A program made the translations under genes and the position numbers. Positions 1-8,157 of a stretch of 58,092 bases of DNA are shown here, piece after piece. The stretch is from an uncultured Ruminococcus sp. (GTDB lineage Bacteria > Bacillota > Clostridia > Oscillospirales > CAG-272), in NCBI GenBank assembly GCA_902761695.1, contig CACWLT010000006.1, forward strand, positions 1-58,092. Direction: 5' to 3'. The notes below the pieces were generated by a model. That model was not told the origin of the DNA and searched no databases. It saw only the letters and a list, made by a program, of their open reading frames with translations. Within the stretch, counting starts at the first letter, position 1. Every line of letters starts with the position of its first letter.

Positions 1-122
1 CAGGAGGTTTTTCGGTCCCGGCGCGGGAGGTGCGGGGGAGACGGGGATATTGTAGCACATTCCGGCGCGGGGGGCAAGAGGGAAGGGAGATGTTCCGGAT
101 TTCGGCAAATATACGGCGGCGC

Positions 123-151
123 TTGACATGTTGAGTTTTTCCCTGTATAAT
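123..151 (+). promoter_or_regulatory. SigA/sigma70-type promoter upstream of the first SBP gene
   Basis: TTGACA at 123-128, 17-nt spacer, TATAAT at 146-151; lies 44 nt upstream of the ATG at 195. Confidence 0.6.
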
Positions 152-194
152 GCAGTCAGATCGTTGCATCATTTATTTAAAGGAGACAAGGGGA

Positions 195-1679
195 ATGAAA
201 ATATCTGTCCGCGCGGTTTCCCTGCTTTTGACGCTGAGCCTGCTGTCCGCGGCGGGATGCTCTGCGCCCGAACCGGAGCCCGATGTGTCCTCCGCCTACA
301 CGCCTGCCGAAACGGAAGCGGCTCCCGAGGCTGAAGCGGCGCCCGAGGAGACACGACCGCCCCTGGGCCTTCCGGAGGCTGATTTCGGCGGGGCAGCCTT
401 CCGCATTTCCTGCTACGACGGCGGCAACTCCGTTCCCACGATCCAGCCCGAGGAGCTGACCGGGGAGGCGGTGAACGACGCCATCTACAACCGGAACACC
501 ATGCTGCAGGAGCAGTATGATTTCGTCTTTGACGCGGTATCCCACGACAACGACTACAACGGGCACACAAGGGAGATCGCGGCCATGGTGAGCGCCGGGG
601 ACGACTCCTTCGAGATGATTTACGGCCACGTGGTGGGGACCTGCAACAACGCCATCATCGGCAACTACATGAACCTCTATGATCTGCCCCATCTGGATTT
701 CGGCGCGGTGTGGTGGCCTGCGCAGTCCGTGGATGAGATGACGATTTTCGGGCGGATGTACACCATCACGGGGAGCGCGACCTACAGTCAGCTGGCGGCG
801 GCGAAGGTGGTGTTCTTCAACAAGGATCTGGCCGAGCAGTATGGTCTGGACGATCCCTACGAGCTGGTGCGGAACGGGGAATGGACCATCGACGCCCTTA
901 TCGACCGGACGGAGGGGATCTATCAGGACACGAACGGCGACGGGAAGCGGGATCCGGACGACCTTTACGGCTACGGCACGCATCCCATGCAGAACGGGTT
1001 CTTCGTCTCTACCAACACGCCTATTCTTTCCCGCACCGAGGACGGCGGCAAGGAGATTTCCGTCATGACGGACCGGACCGTGGCGCTGGTGGAGAAGCTC
1101 TACAGCTGGTATTACGAATCCGGCGGGGTTTATCTGAAATCCTCCGTGGCCGATCCCGGCGGATACGCGGACCGGTTCGCCACGGGGCACACGGTGTTCT
1201 CCTTCGGCCACATCATGCACGCGCCCGCCTACTACCGGAGCTCGGAGATTTCCTACGGCATCCTGCCCCAGCCGAAATACGACACGGCCCAGGAGAAGTA
1301 CATCGCCTTTGCCTGCCCCAGTCTGTTCAGCGTGCCGATCACGTGTCAGAACACGGAGATGACCGGTTTCGTCTTTGAGGCGATGACGTACTACGGCTAC
1401 TTCGACATCATTCCGGTTTACTACGAGACCACGCTGAAGGGGAAGATCGCGGACGCGCCGGACGACGTGGAGATGCTGGAGATCGTCAACGACGCGCTGA
1501 CCGTTTCCTTCGCCTACTGCTACGACAACTGGGAGGGCTTCGCTCATTTCCTCAGCGGCACGGTCATGAACTTCACGGAGACGTCGGGGAACAAGGACGT
1601 GGCCAGCGTCTTCGCCAAGCGGAACAAGATCGCGCAGAAGAGGCTGGAGAAATGCCTCAAGGCGTTCAGAGGGGACTAA
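195..1679 (+). CDS. Extracellular solute-binding lipoprotein (ABC-type sugar SBP, LplA-like), paralog 1
   Basis: ORF 150..1679 trimmed to the ATG at 195 (AAAGGAG upstream). N-terminus MKISVRAVSLLLTLSLLSAAGC is a lipoprotein signal peptide with lipobox. Motifs DPYELVRNGEWTID and DTNGDGKRD are shared with seven paralogs in this window. Confidence 0.8.
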   Translation: MKISVRAVSLLLTLSLLSAAGCSAPEPEPDVSSAYTPAETEAAPEAEAAPEETRPPLGLPEADFGGAAFRISCYDGGNSVPTIQPEELTGEAVNDAIYNRNTMLQEQYDFVFDAVSHDNDYNGHTREIAAMVSAGDDSFEMIYGHVVGTCNNAIIGNYMNLYDLPHLDFGAVWWPAQSVDEMTIFGRMYTITGSATYSQLAAAKVVFFNKDLAEQYGLDDPYELVRNGEWTIDALIDRTEGIYQDTNGDGKRDPDDLYGYGTHPMQNGFFVSTNTPILSRTEDGGKEISVMTDRTVALVEKLYSWYYESGGVYLKSSVADPGGYADRFATGHTVFSFGHIMHAPAYYRSSEISYGILPQPKYDTAQEKYIAFACPSLFSVPITCQNTEMTGFVFEAMTYYGYFDIIPVYYETTLKGKIADAPDDVEMLEIVNDALTVSFAYCYDNWEGFAHFLSGTVMNFTETSGNKDVASVFAKRNKIAQKRLEKCLKAFRGD

Positions 1680-1685
1680 GGAAGA

Positions 1686-1888
1686 TAATGCTAAATCCTT
1701 TCTAAGGGGATACGCGGCTTCTTGAAAGAAACCCAGAGCAGCAAGCTGCTCGGCAAGAACTTTATACTATCAACTGGTGCAGCGTTCTTCTTTACGTGCA
1801 GCACGGGGTAACGTACAGCGCATTATTTTCAGGTTATGCTTTTCGCGCATCATGGTCGGATTGCCCTTTTAGGCTGAGAAGAGCATAA
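1686..1888 (+). mobile_element. MITE-like TIR repeat, copy A (203 bp)
   Basis: Left end TAATGCTAAATCCTTTCTAAGGGGATACGCGGCTTCTTGAAAG. Right end CCCTTTTAGGCTGAGAAGAGCATAA is its imperfect reverse complement. Invariant core GTGCAGCACGGGGTAACGTACAGCGCA at 1796-1822. Starts 7 nt after the SBP stop codon. Confidence 0.75.
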
Positions 1889-1963
1889 GAAAACGGTAAA
1901 GGGTCTGCCCTGCGGTACTGATGTGCTGCGGGGCTTTTTGACACGGGGATTCTCTATGCGGGC

Positions 1964-1992
1964 TTGACAGGGTTTTGCGGGATTGCTATAAT
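1964..1992 (+). promoter_or_regulatory. Consensus SigA-type promoter
   Basis: TTGACA at 1964-1969, 17-nt spacer, TATAAT at 1987-1992 (perfect consensus); precedes the small ORF at 2023 and the GH gene at 2200. Confidence 0.65.
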
Positions 1993-2022
1993 AAAGTAAA
2001 GTCCGTGCATGAAGGATATCCC

Positions 2023-2175
2023 ATGAAACAGACGGGAAGACTGGCGGTGATGCTGCTGGCGGCGGCAATGCTTCCGGTTTCCTGTGCTTCGGAGAATCCG
2101 GAGAGCGGCGGGGTGACTCCACCTAAGGTTCAGACGAAAACCTATGATAAAATTATCGGGATGTTCGCGGACTGA
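2023..2175 (+). CDS. Small putative lipoprotein (50 aa)
   Basis: Internal ATG of ORF 1975..2175 with GAAGGA 6 nt upstream. MKQTGRLAVMLLAAAMLPVSCASE is a signal peptide plus lipobox. No homolog recalled; it could be the N-terminal remnant of an SBP gene. Confidence 0.4.
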   Translation: MKQTGRLAVMLLAAAMLPVSCASENPESGGVTPPKVQTKTYDKIIGMFAD

Positions 2176-2199
2176 CAAAACGACTGACGGGAAACAAAA

Positions 2200-3081
2200 A
2201 TGACCATACTTGACGGAATCAAATCTTCGCGGCTGATCCCGGGGGACGGTACCCATGCGTTCCGGGATCCGGCGGTGATCTGCCGGGACGGGGTTTTCCG
2301 GCTGTACTGCACCTATGTGGAGACGGAGGCGGACGGCGGGATCTATATGTACACCGTTCTCATGCGCTCGACCGACCTCGTGCATTGGAGCGCGCCCCGG
2401 AAGCTGACGCCGCGGGACCGGGCCCTCAATTTCTCCAGTCCCGGAAACATCGTGGAATGGCGGGGGGAATACGTGATGTGCCTCCAGACCTACTGCCGGG
2501 AGAACGGGGAGAAATACGGGAACGAGCGGAGCCGGATCTGGACCATGCGCAGCCGGGATCTGGAAAACTGGGACGAGCCCCGGCCCCTGATGGTGAAGGG
2601 GGACGTGCCGTTATCCGGGATGGGGCGGATGATCGATCCCTATCTGATTTACGACGGGGCGTCGGGGCTCTGGAACTGCTTCTACAAGCAGAACGGGGTG
2701 AGCAGGTCTACCTCGCCGGATCTGGAGCGCTGGGAATACCGGGGAGCCTTTCCGGGCGGGGAGAACGTCAGCGTCATCCGGCGGGGCGGGGAATACCTCA
2801 TGTTCCACTCCCCGGAGAACGGGATCGGGGTGAAGCGGTCCTTCGATCTTGAGCATTGGGAGGACGCCGGGGCGCTTCTGACCTTCGGGCAGCGGGACTG
2901 GCTCTGGGCGAGAGGGCGTCTGACGGCGGGATTTGTTCTGCCCTATGAGGAGGACGGGGAGACGGTTTATCTCATGTTCTTCCACGGCACGGGGCCCGAG
3001 GACGAGCGCGTGGATTTCGACAGGAACGCCTCCATCGGGCTGGCCTGGAGCCGGGATCTGGTGCGGTGGGAGTGGAGATAA
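2200..3081 (+). CDS. Beta-propeller glycoside hydrolase-like protein (GH43/GH130-clan-like), cytoplasmic
   Basis: 293-aa ORF with no signal peptide. Repeated blade-like segments (FRDPAVICRDGVFRLYCT, MIDPYLIYDG.SGLWNCFYK, GEYLMFHSP, VYLMFFHG). The family call is approximate. Confidence 0.5.
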   Translation: MTILDGIKSSRLIPGDGTHAFRDPAVICRDGVFRLYCTYVETEADGGIYMYTVLMRSTDLVHWSAPRKLTPRDRALNFSSPGNIVEWRGEYVMCLQTYCRENGEKYGNERSRIWTMRSRDLENWDEPRPLMVKGDVPLSGMGRMIDPYLIYDGASGLWNCFYKQNGVSRSTSPDLERWEYRGAFPGGENVSVIRRGGEYLMFHSPENGIGVKRSFDLEHWEDAGALLTFGQRDWLWARGRLTAGFVLPYEEDGETVYLMFFHGTGPEDERVDFDRNASIGLAWSRDLVRWEWR

Positions 3082-3272
3082 TACTAATCTCATTCAAAAA
3101 GGGAAAACGCGGCTTCTTGAAAGGGAAGCCCCGCTCAACAAGTTGAGGGGCAAGAACTTAAATAATCCACTGGTGCAGCTTTCTTTTCTTCGTGCAGCAC
3201 GGGGTAACGTACAGCGCACTTATTTAGCTTTGCTTTTTCCATGTATTTGCTGGATTGTTGAGAATAGTATAA
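3079..3272 (+). mobile_element. MITE-like TIR repeat, copy B (194 bp)
   Basis: Begins TAATACTAATCTCATTCAAAAAGGGAAAACGCGGCTTCTTGAAAG, where the TAA is the stop codon of the upstream gene. Same 27-nt core. Right end TTGAGAATAGTATAA. Confidence 0.75.
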
Positions 3273-3298
3273 GCCGTTTCGGGAACAGGAGACACATC

Positions 3299-5548
3299 AT
3301 GTCAAGACATATTTACACGTTGAACCGGCCGGCGGGGTGGCCGCATGAGGAATGGCGGGAGGCGCTGCCTCTGGGGAACGGGCTGACGGGGGTTCTCATG
3401 CCGGGGTCCATCGCGGCGGAGCACATCACCTTCAACCGGCACGATCTCTGGCACGGGGGAAACGAGGGCGGGGAGATCCCGGACATCTCGGAGACCTTCC
3501 GGGCCATGCGGGAGGCCGTCCGGAGAGGGGATTACACCGCCGCGAATCAGGACAATCTCATGGCCGCGCTGAATGAGGCGGGATATCACGCGGGGCCGGA
3601 GGTTCCTTATCCGCTGGGGTGGCTGAACCTGACCTTCACGCCGGAGGGGATGTTCCGTCACTACCGGCGTGGGGTGAACATGCGGACCGGGGAGGCCTTC
3701 GTGACGTTTGAAATCGGGGGCTGCCGGTATGAGCGCCGGATGTTCGTCTCCCGGGCCTGCGACGCGGCCGTGCTCCGGATGACGGGGGAGCGGGAATTTA
3801 CGGCGCTCTTTGATTTAGCGCTCTTCTCCGAGGAGGGGGAAGCGGAGATCACGGACCGGTCCATCCGGAAAGCCTCCCGGGACGGGGACACGGCGGTGAA
3901 CGTGCTGTTCCGGGGAGACTTCCGGAGCGAGGTGCGTGGGGACAAGATAGCGGTGACGGGGCGGGACTGGACGGTGCTGATCCGCTGTTCGTCCCACGGG
4001 TCGCGCCTCTCCCTTGACGATATTGCCGGGGAGAGCTGGGAATCCCTTCTGGAAAAGCACACGGCGCTTTACACGCCCCTTTACGACGCTGTCGACATCG
4101 AGCTGGCGGGGGAGGAGGACTTCGAAGCTTCCAATGAGGAGATGCTGGACGCGGCCTACGACGACGAGGCGTCTCCCGCGCTGATCGAGCGGCTGTGGCG
4201 GTTCGGGCGGTATCTCTTTATTTCGGCGGCGTCGGGGAAGGGCAATCCCGTTCCCCTCTACGGGCTCTGGCACGGGGCGGACGGGCTTCCCTGGGCGCAG
4301 TACGTGGCCAACGAGAACGTGGAGATGACCTACTGGCACGTCATGGCGGGGGGAATGGCCTGGGCGGTGCCTCCGCTGCTCCGGTACTACGCGGCGCATC
4401 TCGACAAATTCCGGGAGTGCGCGCGGCGGATTTTCGGGATGCGGGGGATCTGGATCTCGGCCTACACCACCCCGAACACGGCGGGGCCCTGCGTTCCGGT
4501 GGCGGTGATCGGCAACTGGATCAGCTGCGCGGGATGGCTCTGCCGCCACTTCTGGGAATACTATCTCTACACCGGGGACGAGGCGCTGCTGCGGGAGGAG
4601 ATTCTGCCCTTCATGCGGGAGGCGGCCCTCTTCTGGCTGGACTATGCGGAGGAGGATGAAAACGGTTTTCTGGAGCTTTTGCCCTCGGTTTCTCCGGAGA
4701 ACACGCCGGGCAATCTTCTGCACCTGCCCACGAAATCCGCCACGGGGCATCCCTGTCCGGCGGTGAAGAACGCGACTATGGATTTTGCCGTCATGAAGGA
4801 GCTCTTCACCAATCTGCTGGAGGGGATGAGGGTCACGGGGCTTTACGCGGACGAGGCGGAGGAATTCCGGTCGGCGCTCGGGAAGATCCCGGCCTATCAG
4901 ATCAACGAAGACGGCGCGGTGAAGGAATGGATGGATCCGGGGCTGACGGACAACTACGCCCACCGGCATCTCTCCCACATCTATCCGGTCTTTCCGGGGA
5001 ACGAGGTGACGGCGAAGAGCGATCCCGCGCTGTTCGAGGCCTTCCGGCGGGCGGTGCATCTCAGGGAGCTGGGCAGTCAGTGCAACTGGTCCCTCACGCA
5101 CATGGCGGCCATTTACGACCGGCTGGGCGAGGGGGAGGCGGCGGCGGAATGCCTGGATCTGCTGGCAAAGAGCGTGCTTTTGCCCTCCCTCTTCACGGTG
5201 TGCAACGACTGGAGGCACATGGGGATGACGCTGGACTGGGTGAACGTGCCGGTGCAGCTGGACGCGGTGTTCGGAACGGTGAACGCGGTGCAGGAGATGC
5301 TGTTCCGCTGGGAGAGGACGGCTTTGTCCCTGCTTCCCTCGCTGCCCGGGCGGCTGAAATCAGGCTATGTCCGGGGCATGGCGTTCCCGGGAGGGACTGT
5401 CGACATCCGATGGGGAGAGGACGGTCGGGGTGCTGTCTTGATTCGGGCGGTACGGGGAGTGGACACGGACGTTCTGGTCAGAGGCAGGTTGGTCGGGCAC
5501 ATCCGGCTGGCGGCGGGCGAGAGCGGGACCGTGGAGTGGAATGGGTGA
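3299..5548 (+). CDS. Glycoside hydrolase family 95 (alpha-L-fucosidase/galactosidase type)
   Basis: ORF 2933..5548 trimmed to the ATG at 3299 (AGGAGA upstream). N-terminal WREALPLGNGLTGVLMPG and the ~750-aa layout are typical of GH95. No signal peptide. Confidence 0.75.
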   Translation: MSRHIYTLNRPAGWPHEEWREALPLGNGLTGVLMPGSIAAEHITFNRHDLWHGGNEGGEIPDISETFRAMREAVRRGDYTAANQDNLMAALNEAGYHAGPEVPYPLGWLNLTFTPEGMFRHYRRGVNMRTGEAFVTFEIGGCRYERRMFVSRACDAAVLRMTGEREFTALFDLALFSEEGEAEITDRSIRKASRDGDTAVNVLFRGDFRSEVRGDKIAVTGRDWTVLIRCSSHGSRLSLDDIAGESWESLLEKHTALYTPLYDAVDIELAGEEDFEASNEEMLDAAYDDEASPALIERLWRFGRYLFISAASGKGNPVPLYGLWHGADGLPWAQYVANENVEMTYWHVMAGGMAWAVPPLLRYYAAHLDKFRECARRIFGMRGIWISAYTTPNTAGPCVPVAVIGNWISCAGWLCRHFWEYYLYTGDEALLREEILPFMREAALFWLDYAEEDENGFLELLPSVSPENTPGNLLHLPTKSATGHPCPAVKNATMDFAVMKELFTNLLEGMRVTGLYADEAEEFRSALGKIPAYQINEDGAVKEWMDPGLTDNYAHRHLSHIYPVFPGNEVTAKSDPALFEAFRRAVHLRELGSQCNWSLTHMAAIYDRLGEGEAAAECLDLLAKSVLLPSLFTVCNDWRHMGMTLDWVNVPVQLDAVFGTVNAVQEMLFRWERTALSLLPSLPGRLKSGYVRGMAFPGGTVDIRWGEDGRGAVLIRAVRGVDTDVLVRGRLVGHIRLAAGESGTVEWNG

Positions 5549-5566
5549 GAGAAGAAATAGACAATG

Positions 5567-5615
5567 AAAAAAAACGCGTCCGGGGGGCCGATTTGTTCGG
5601 TGCCGGGCGCGTTTT
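5567..5615. terminator. Bidirectional rho-independent terminator between convergent genes
   Basis: A-tract, then stem AACGCGTCCGG / CCGGGCGCGTT (one G-T pair), then TTTT. Sits between the GH95 stop (5548) and the GH5 stop (5631). Confidence 0.6.
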
Positions 5616-5630
5616 GACGCGGAGGGGGAT

Positions 5631-7070
5631 TCAGTTCCAGGCTTTGTCCACGGGATAAAGACCTTCGGACCGGTACTGCCGGTTGGCTTCGCCGAGGAGG
5701 GTGAGCTTCATGGCGTCGGTGCCGCTGTCGGTGAAGTCCTGGAACTGCCAGGTGAGGGCGAGCTGGATGCCGGAGGAGCGGATATCGTCGATGAGGGCGC
5801 GGAAATGCTCCTCCAGGTCAGGGGCGTTGTTCATATCCAGAAAGTCCCCCATTTCTCCGAAGATGCAGCCCTTTCCGGCGGCGTCGGCGGCCTCCTTATA
5901 GGCGGTGAAGTACTCCCGCTGGGTGACGGTCTTGCCCCAGGGATCCATGGTTTCGACGTATTTTCCGGAGCCGTCCCCGGTGCCCTGCTGGAGGTGGAAG
6001 CAGGCGCAGTCGATGGGATCCGGCGTCATGAGGGCGTTCATTTCGTCGAACTGGGCGCGGGTGTTCTTCGTCCAGTCCACGGCCCAGGAATGGGTCTTTT
6101 TGTTCATATGCTGCGAGGCGCGGGAGGAGGCCTTGGCGAAGGGGCGCATTTCCCCGTTGCCGGTCTCGATCATGCGCCAGCCGTCGTATTCCCGGATTTT
6201 TCCGGAGATCTGCCGGTAAAAGGAGATCATTTCCTCCGAGGAGAAATAGTCGAAGCCGGTGGGCTCGTCATCGGGATAGCCGCTCAGCCAGCTCCAGTTC
6301 ACGGTATCGCAGAGGTCGGCGTCCAGGTTGTACTCGTTTCCGATCTCCCAGGCCCAGACGGCGGGAGAGGCGGCATAGCGGCTGACAATGGCGGCGGTAT
6401 AATCGAGGGCATACCGCACCGTGGCGCTCTCCGGGTCTCCCATGGCGGACCGGTGCTCGCCCACATGGAGGGGCAGGGCAGTGTCATGCCAGAACAGGGA
6501 GACGATGATGCCGATCTTCGCTTCCTCCGCCGCTTCCACCACCCGGTCCAGATACCGGAGCACTTCGTCGGGATCCCGGTCGAAGGCTTCATAATAGTCC
6601 GTCCAGTAGCCGCCGAAGGGCATCCGGACGAAGTCCACGCCGTAGTCCTTCAGCTTCCGGAAGGCTTCGGCGAAGGGCTGATCGTCAAAGTCCGCGTACC
6701 AGTAATGGGCGAAGGCGCCGAAATAGTTCACGCCGAAGCCGCAGAAACGCTCTCCGGCCAGGCGGATCTCCCCGCCGTCCTCCACGTGAAGGCCGAGGCG
6801 GGCGGTGTTCCGCTCTCCGGGGGAGGGGATGTCATACGGGAACCGGGGGGAAGTCTGCATGGGGGTGTCCTCCGTTTCTGTCGGGTTTGCCGTTTCCGGC
6901 GGCGGGGCCGGATCGACCGGAGCTTCCGTCTGGACGGGATCCGCCGGCATCGGTTCGGCGGTCTCCGTGGGGATGCTGTCCTGCGCGGCGGGCGGGGGAT
7001 CCGTTTTTTTGCCGCAGCCGGTCAGAAGCAGCAGGGCGGCGGTGAGGAGAAGGATTTTTCTGATTGTCAC
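5631..7070 (-). CDS. Secreted lipoprotein, glycoside hydrolase family 5 (mannanase/glucanase-like)
   Basis: MTIRKILLLTAALLLLTGCG lipobox; Pro/Thr/Glu-rich linker; WAWEIGNEYN matches the GH5 acid/base NE motif. Confidence 0.7.
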   Translation of the reverse strand: MTIRKILLLTAALLLLTGCGKKTDPPPAAQDSIPTETAEPMPADPVQTEAPVDPAPPPETANPTETEDTPMQTSPRFPYDIPSPGERNTARLGLHVEDGGEIRLAGERFCGFGVNYFGAFAHYWYADFDDQPFAEAFRKLKDYGVDFVRMPFGGYWTDYYEAFDRDPDEVLRYLDRVVEAAEEAKIGIIVSLFWHDTALPLHVGEHRSAMGDPESATVRYALDYTAAIVSRYAASPAVWAWEIGNEYNLDADLCDTVNWSWLSGYPDDEPTGFDYFSSEEMISFYRQISGKIREYDGWRMIETGNGEMRPFAKASSRASQHMNKKTHSWAVDWTKNTRAQFDEMNALMTPDPIDCACFHLQQGTGDGSGKYVETMDPWGKTVTQREYFTAYKEAADAAGKGCIFGEMGDFLDMNNAPDLEEHFRALIDDIRSSGIQLALTWQFQDFTDSGTDAMKLTLLGEANRQYRSEGLYPVDKAWN

Positions 7071-7098
7071 GGGTTTTCGCGCCTCCGTTCGGGTATCG

Positions 7099-8157
7099 TC
7101 AGGGGCTCACCTGCATCCGGTGACGGAATCCCCGTCGGGCGTCGGCTTGGGCGCGGTCCGGTGGGAAGCCCAGCAGCGGGATGCCGCGGTCCACAGTGTT
7201 CCGATAGATGACTTCCATATTGTTCAGGTGGGGCTGGGACATGTTTACGCCGGTCAGCATGGGCTGGGCGCAGAGGTGGGCGATATAGTGGTCGCCGCGC
7301 CCGCAGAAGTGCATGATGCCGCCGCCGTACCGCTCCAGCAGGATCCGGTCGTAAGGGACGGCGAATTCTTCATACAGCTCCGGGGAGAGGTTCATGGCGC
7401 TGTCGCAGCGGAGGGCGATCCGTCCCTTATGGCGGATATGGGACCAATGGGCGTTCATCTCCGCGCCGCAGGGGAAGAGGGCGAACCACTTGTCCATGAA
7501 GCGGATATAGGTCTCGGTGATGAGGTTCATGGCGGCGTGCACCAGCTCCGGCTCGTCGTACATGGCGTAGAACATGTCCTGTCCCCACAGAAGCTCGCAG
7601 ATATCCAGCGGTCCCTGCAGGTCGGGATGGTAGACGTACACGTACCGGCCGAGCTTCGGGTAAGCCTCCACGATCTCCCGCAGGATCTCCCCGCAGCGGA
7701 AGACACGGGCTCCGAAGCCGGCGTTCAGGTCGGGCGCGCCCTTTTCCAGCAGCTCCCGCATTTTATCCGTGCTGTTGAACGAGCGGGCGGTGGGGAGGGT
7801 ATTGGTGTGGCGGGGCATCTCAAAGATCTCCGCGCCGAAGACGGTGGCCAGGATCGCCGAGCCGTAATTGGCCCGCACCGCCAGATTGCTCCCGCCGTTT
7901 GCCAGGCAGTGGGACACGCCCGTCATCTCCGAGGTGATCATGGTTTCGTAATCGGCCAGGGCGTCGTTGATGTTGATGCCGGGGAGGGGCGTTCCGGGCG
8001 GGGTATGGCGGCCTCTCACGGGGCGGAAGATATCCTCCTCCCAGGTCCCGCTTAAGAAGCGGAGCCAGCTTTCGTCAAGGGCGTCCTCCGTCTCCGGGTC
8101 GATGCGCCGCTCGATATCCTCCAGCAGCGCGGCGGTTTCCTTACGCAGCTTCATCAT
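7099..8157 (-). CDS. Uroporphyrinogen decarboxylase (URO-D)-superfamily protein of unknown function
   Basis: ORF 7099..8199 trimmed to the ATGATG at 8157, which overlaps the upstream stop (ATGA). C-terminal half DSAMNLSPELYEEFAVPYDRILLERYGGGIMHFCGRGD resembles the URO-D/MtaA-CmuA fold segment (DSW.G.LSP..F.EF..PY...H.CG). Confidence 0.5.
   Translation of the reverse strand: MMKLRKETAALLEDIERRIDPETEDALDESWLRFLSGTWEEDIFRPVRGRHTPPGTPLPGININDALADYETMITSEMTGVSHCLANGGSNLAVRANYGSAILATVFGAEIFEMPRHTNTLPTARSFNSTDKMRELLEKGAPDLNAGFGARVFRCGEILREIVEAYPKLGRYVYVYHPDLQGPLDICELLWGQDMFYAMYDEPELVHAAMNLITETYIRFMDKWFALFPCGAEMNAHWSHIRHKGRIALRCDSAMNLSPELYEEFAVPYDRILLERYGGGIMHFCGRGDHYIAHLCAQPMLTGVNMSQPHLNNMEVIYRNTVDRGIPLLGFPPDRAQADARRGFRHRMQVSP

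Noticed and set aside
177-1547. Long antisense ORFs opposite real genes, for example 177..1547(-), 3815..5218(-), 5805..7211(+), 12663..14195(-), 16651..18285(-), 17990..19966(-), 20012..22369(-), 39265..41982(-) and 43558..46155(-)
   Set aside because: They are Arg/Pro/Gly/His-rich and low in complexity, with no RBS or recognisable motifs. They are the usual stop-codon-poor shadow frames of high-GC coding DNA. The opposite strand carries clear family motifs in each case.
2933-3298. N-terminal extensions offered by the ORF track (2933..3298 for GH95, 9135..9623 for GH29, 21912..22016 for DUF4838, 27032..27199 for GH20-like, 39223..39345, 54547..54891)
   Set aside because: The extensions overlap upstream genes or the MITE, are Arg/Gly-rich and lack an RBS. 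In each case an internal ATG with a GGAGG-type RBS matches the family N-terminus.
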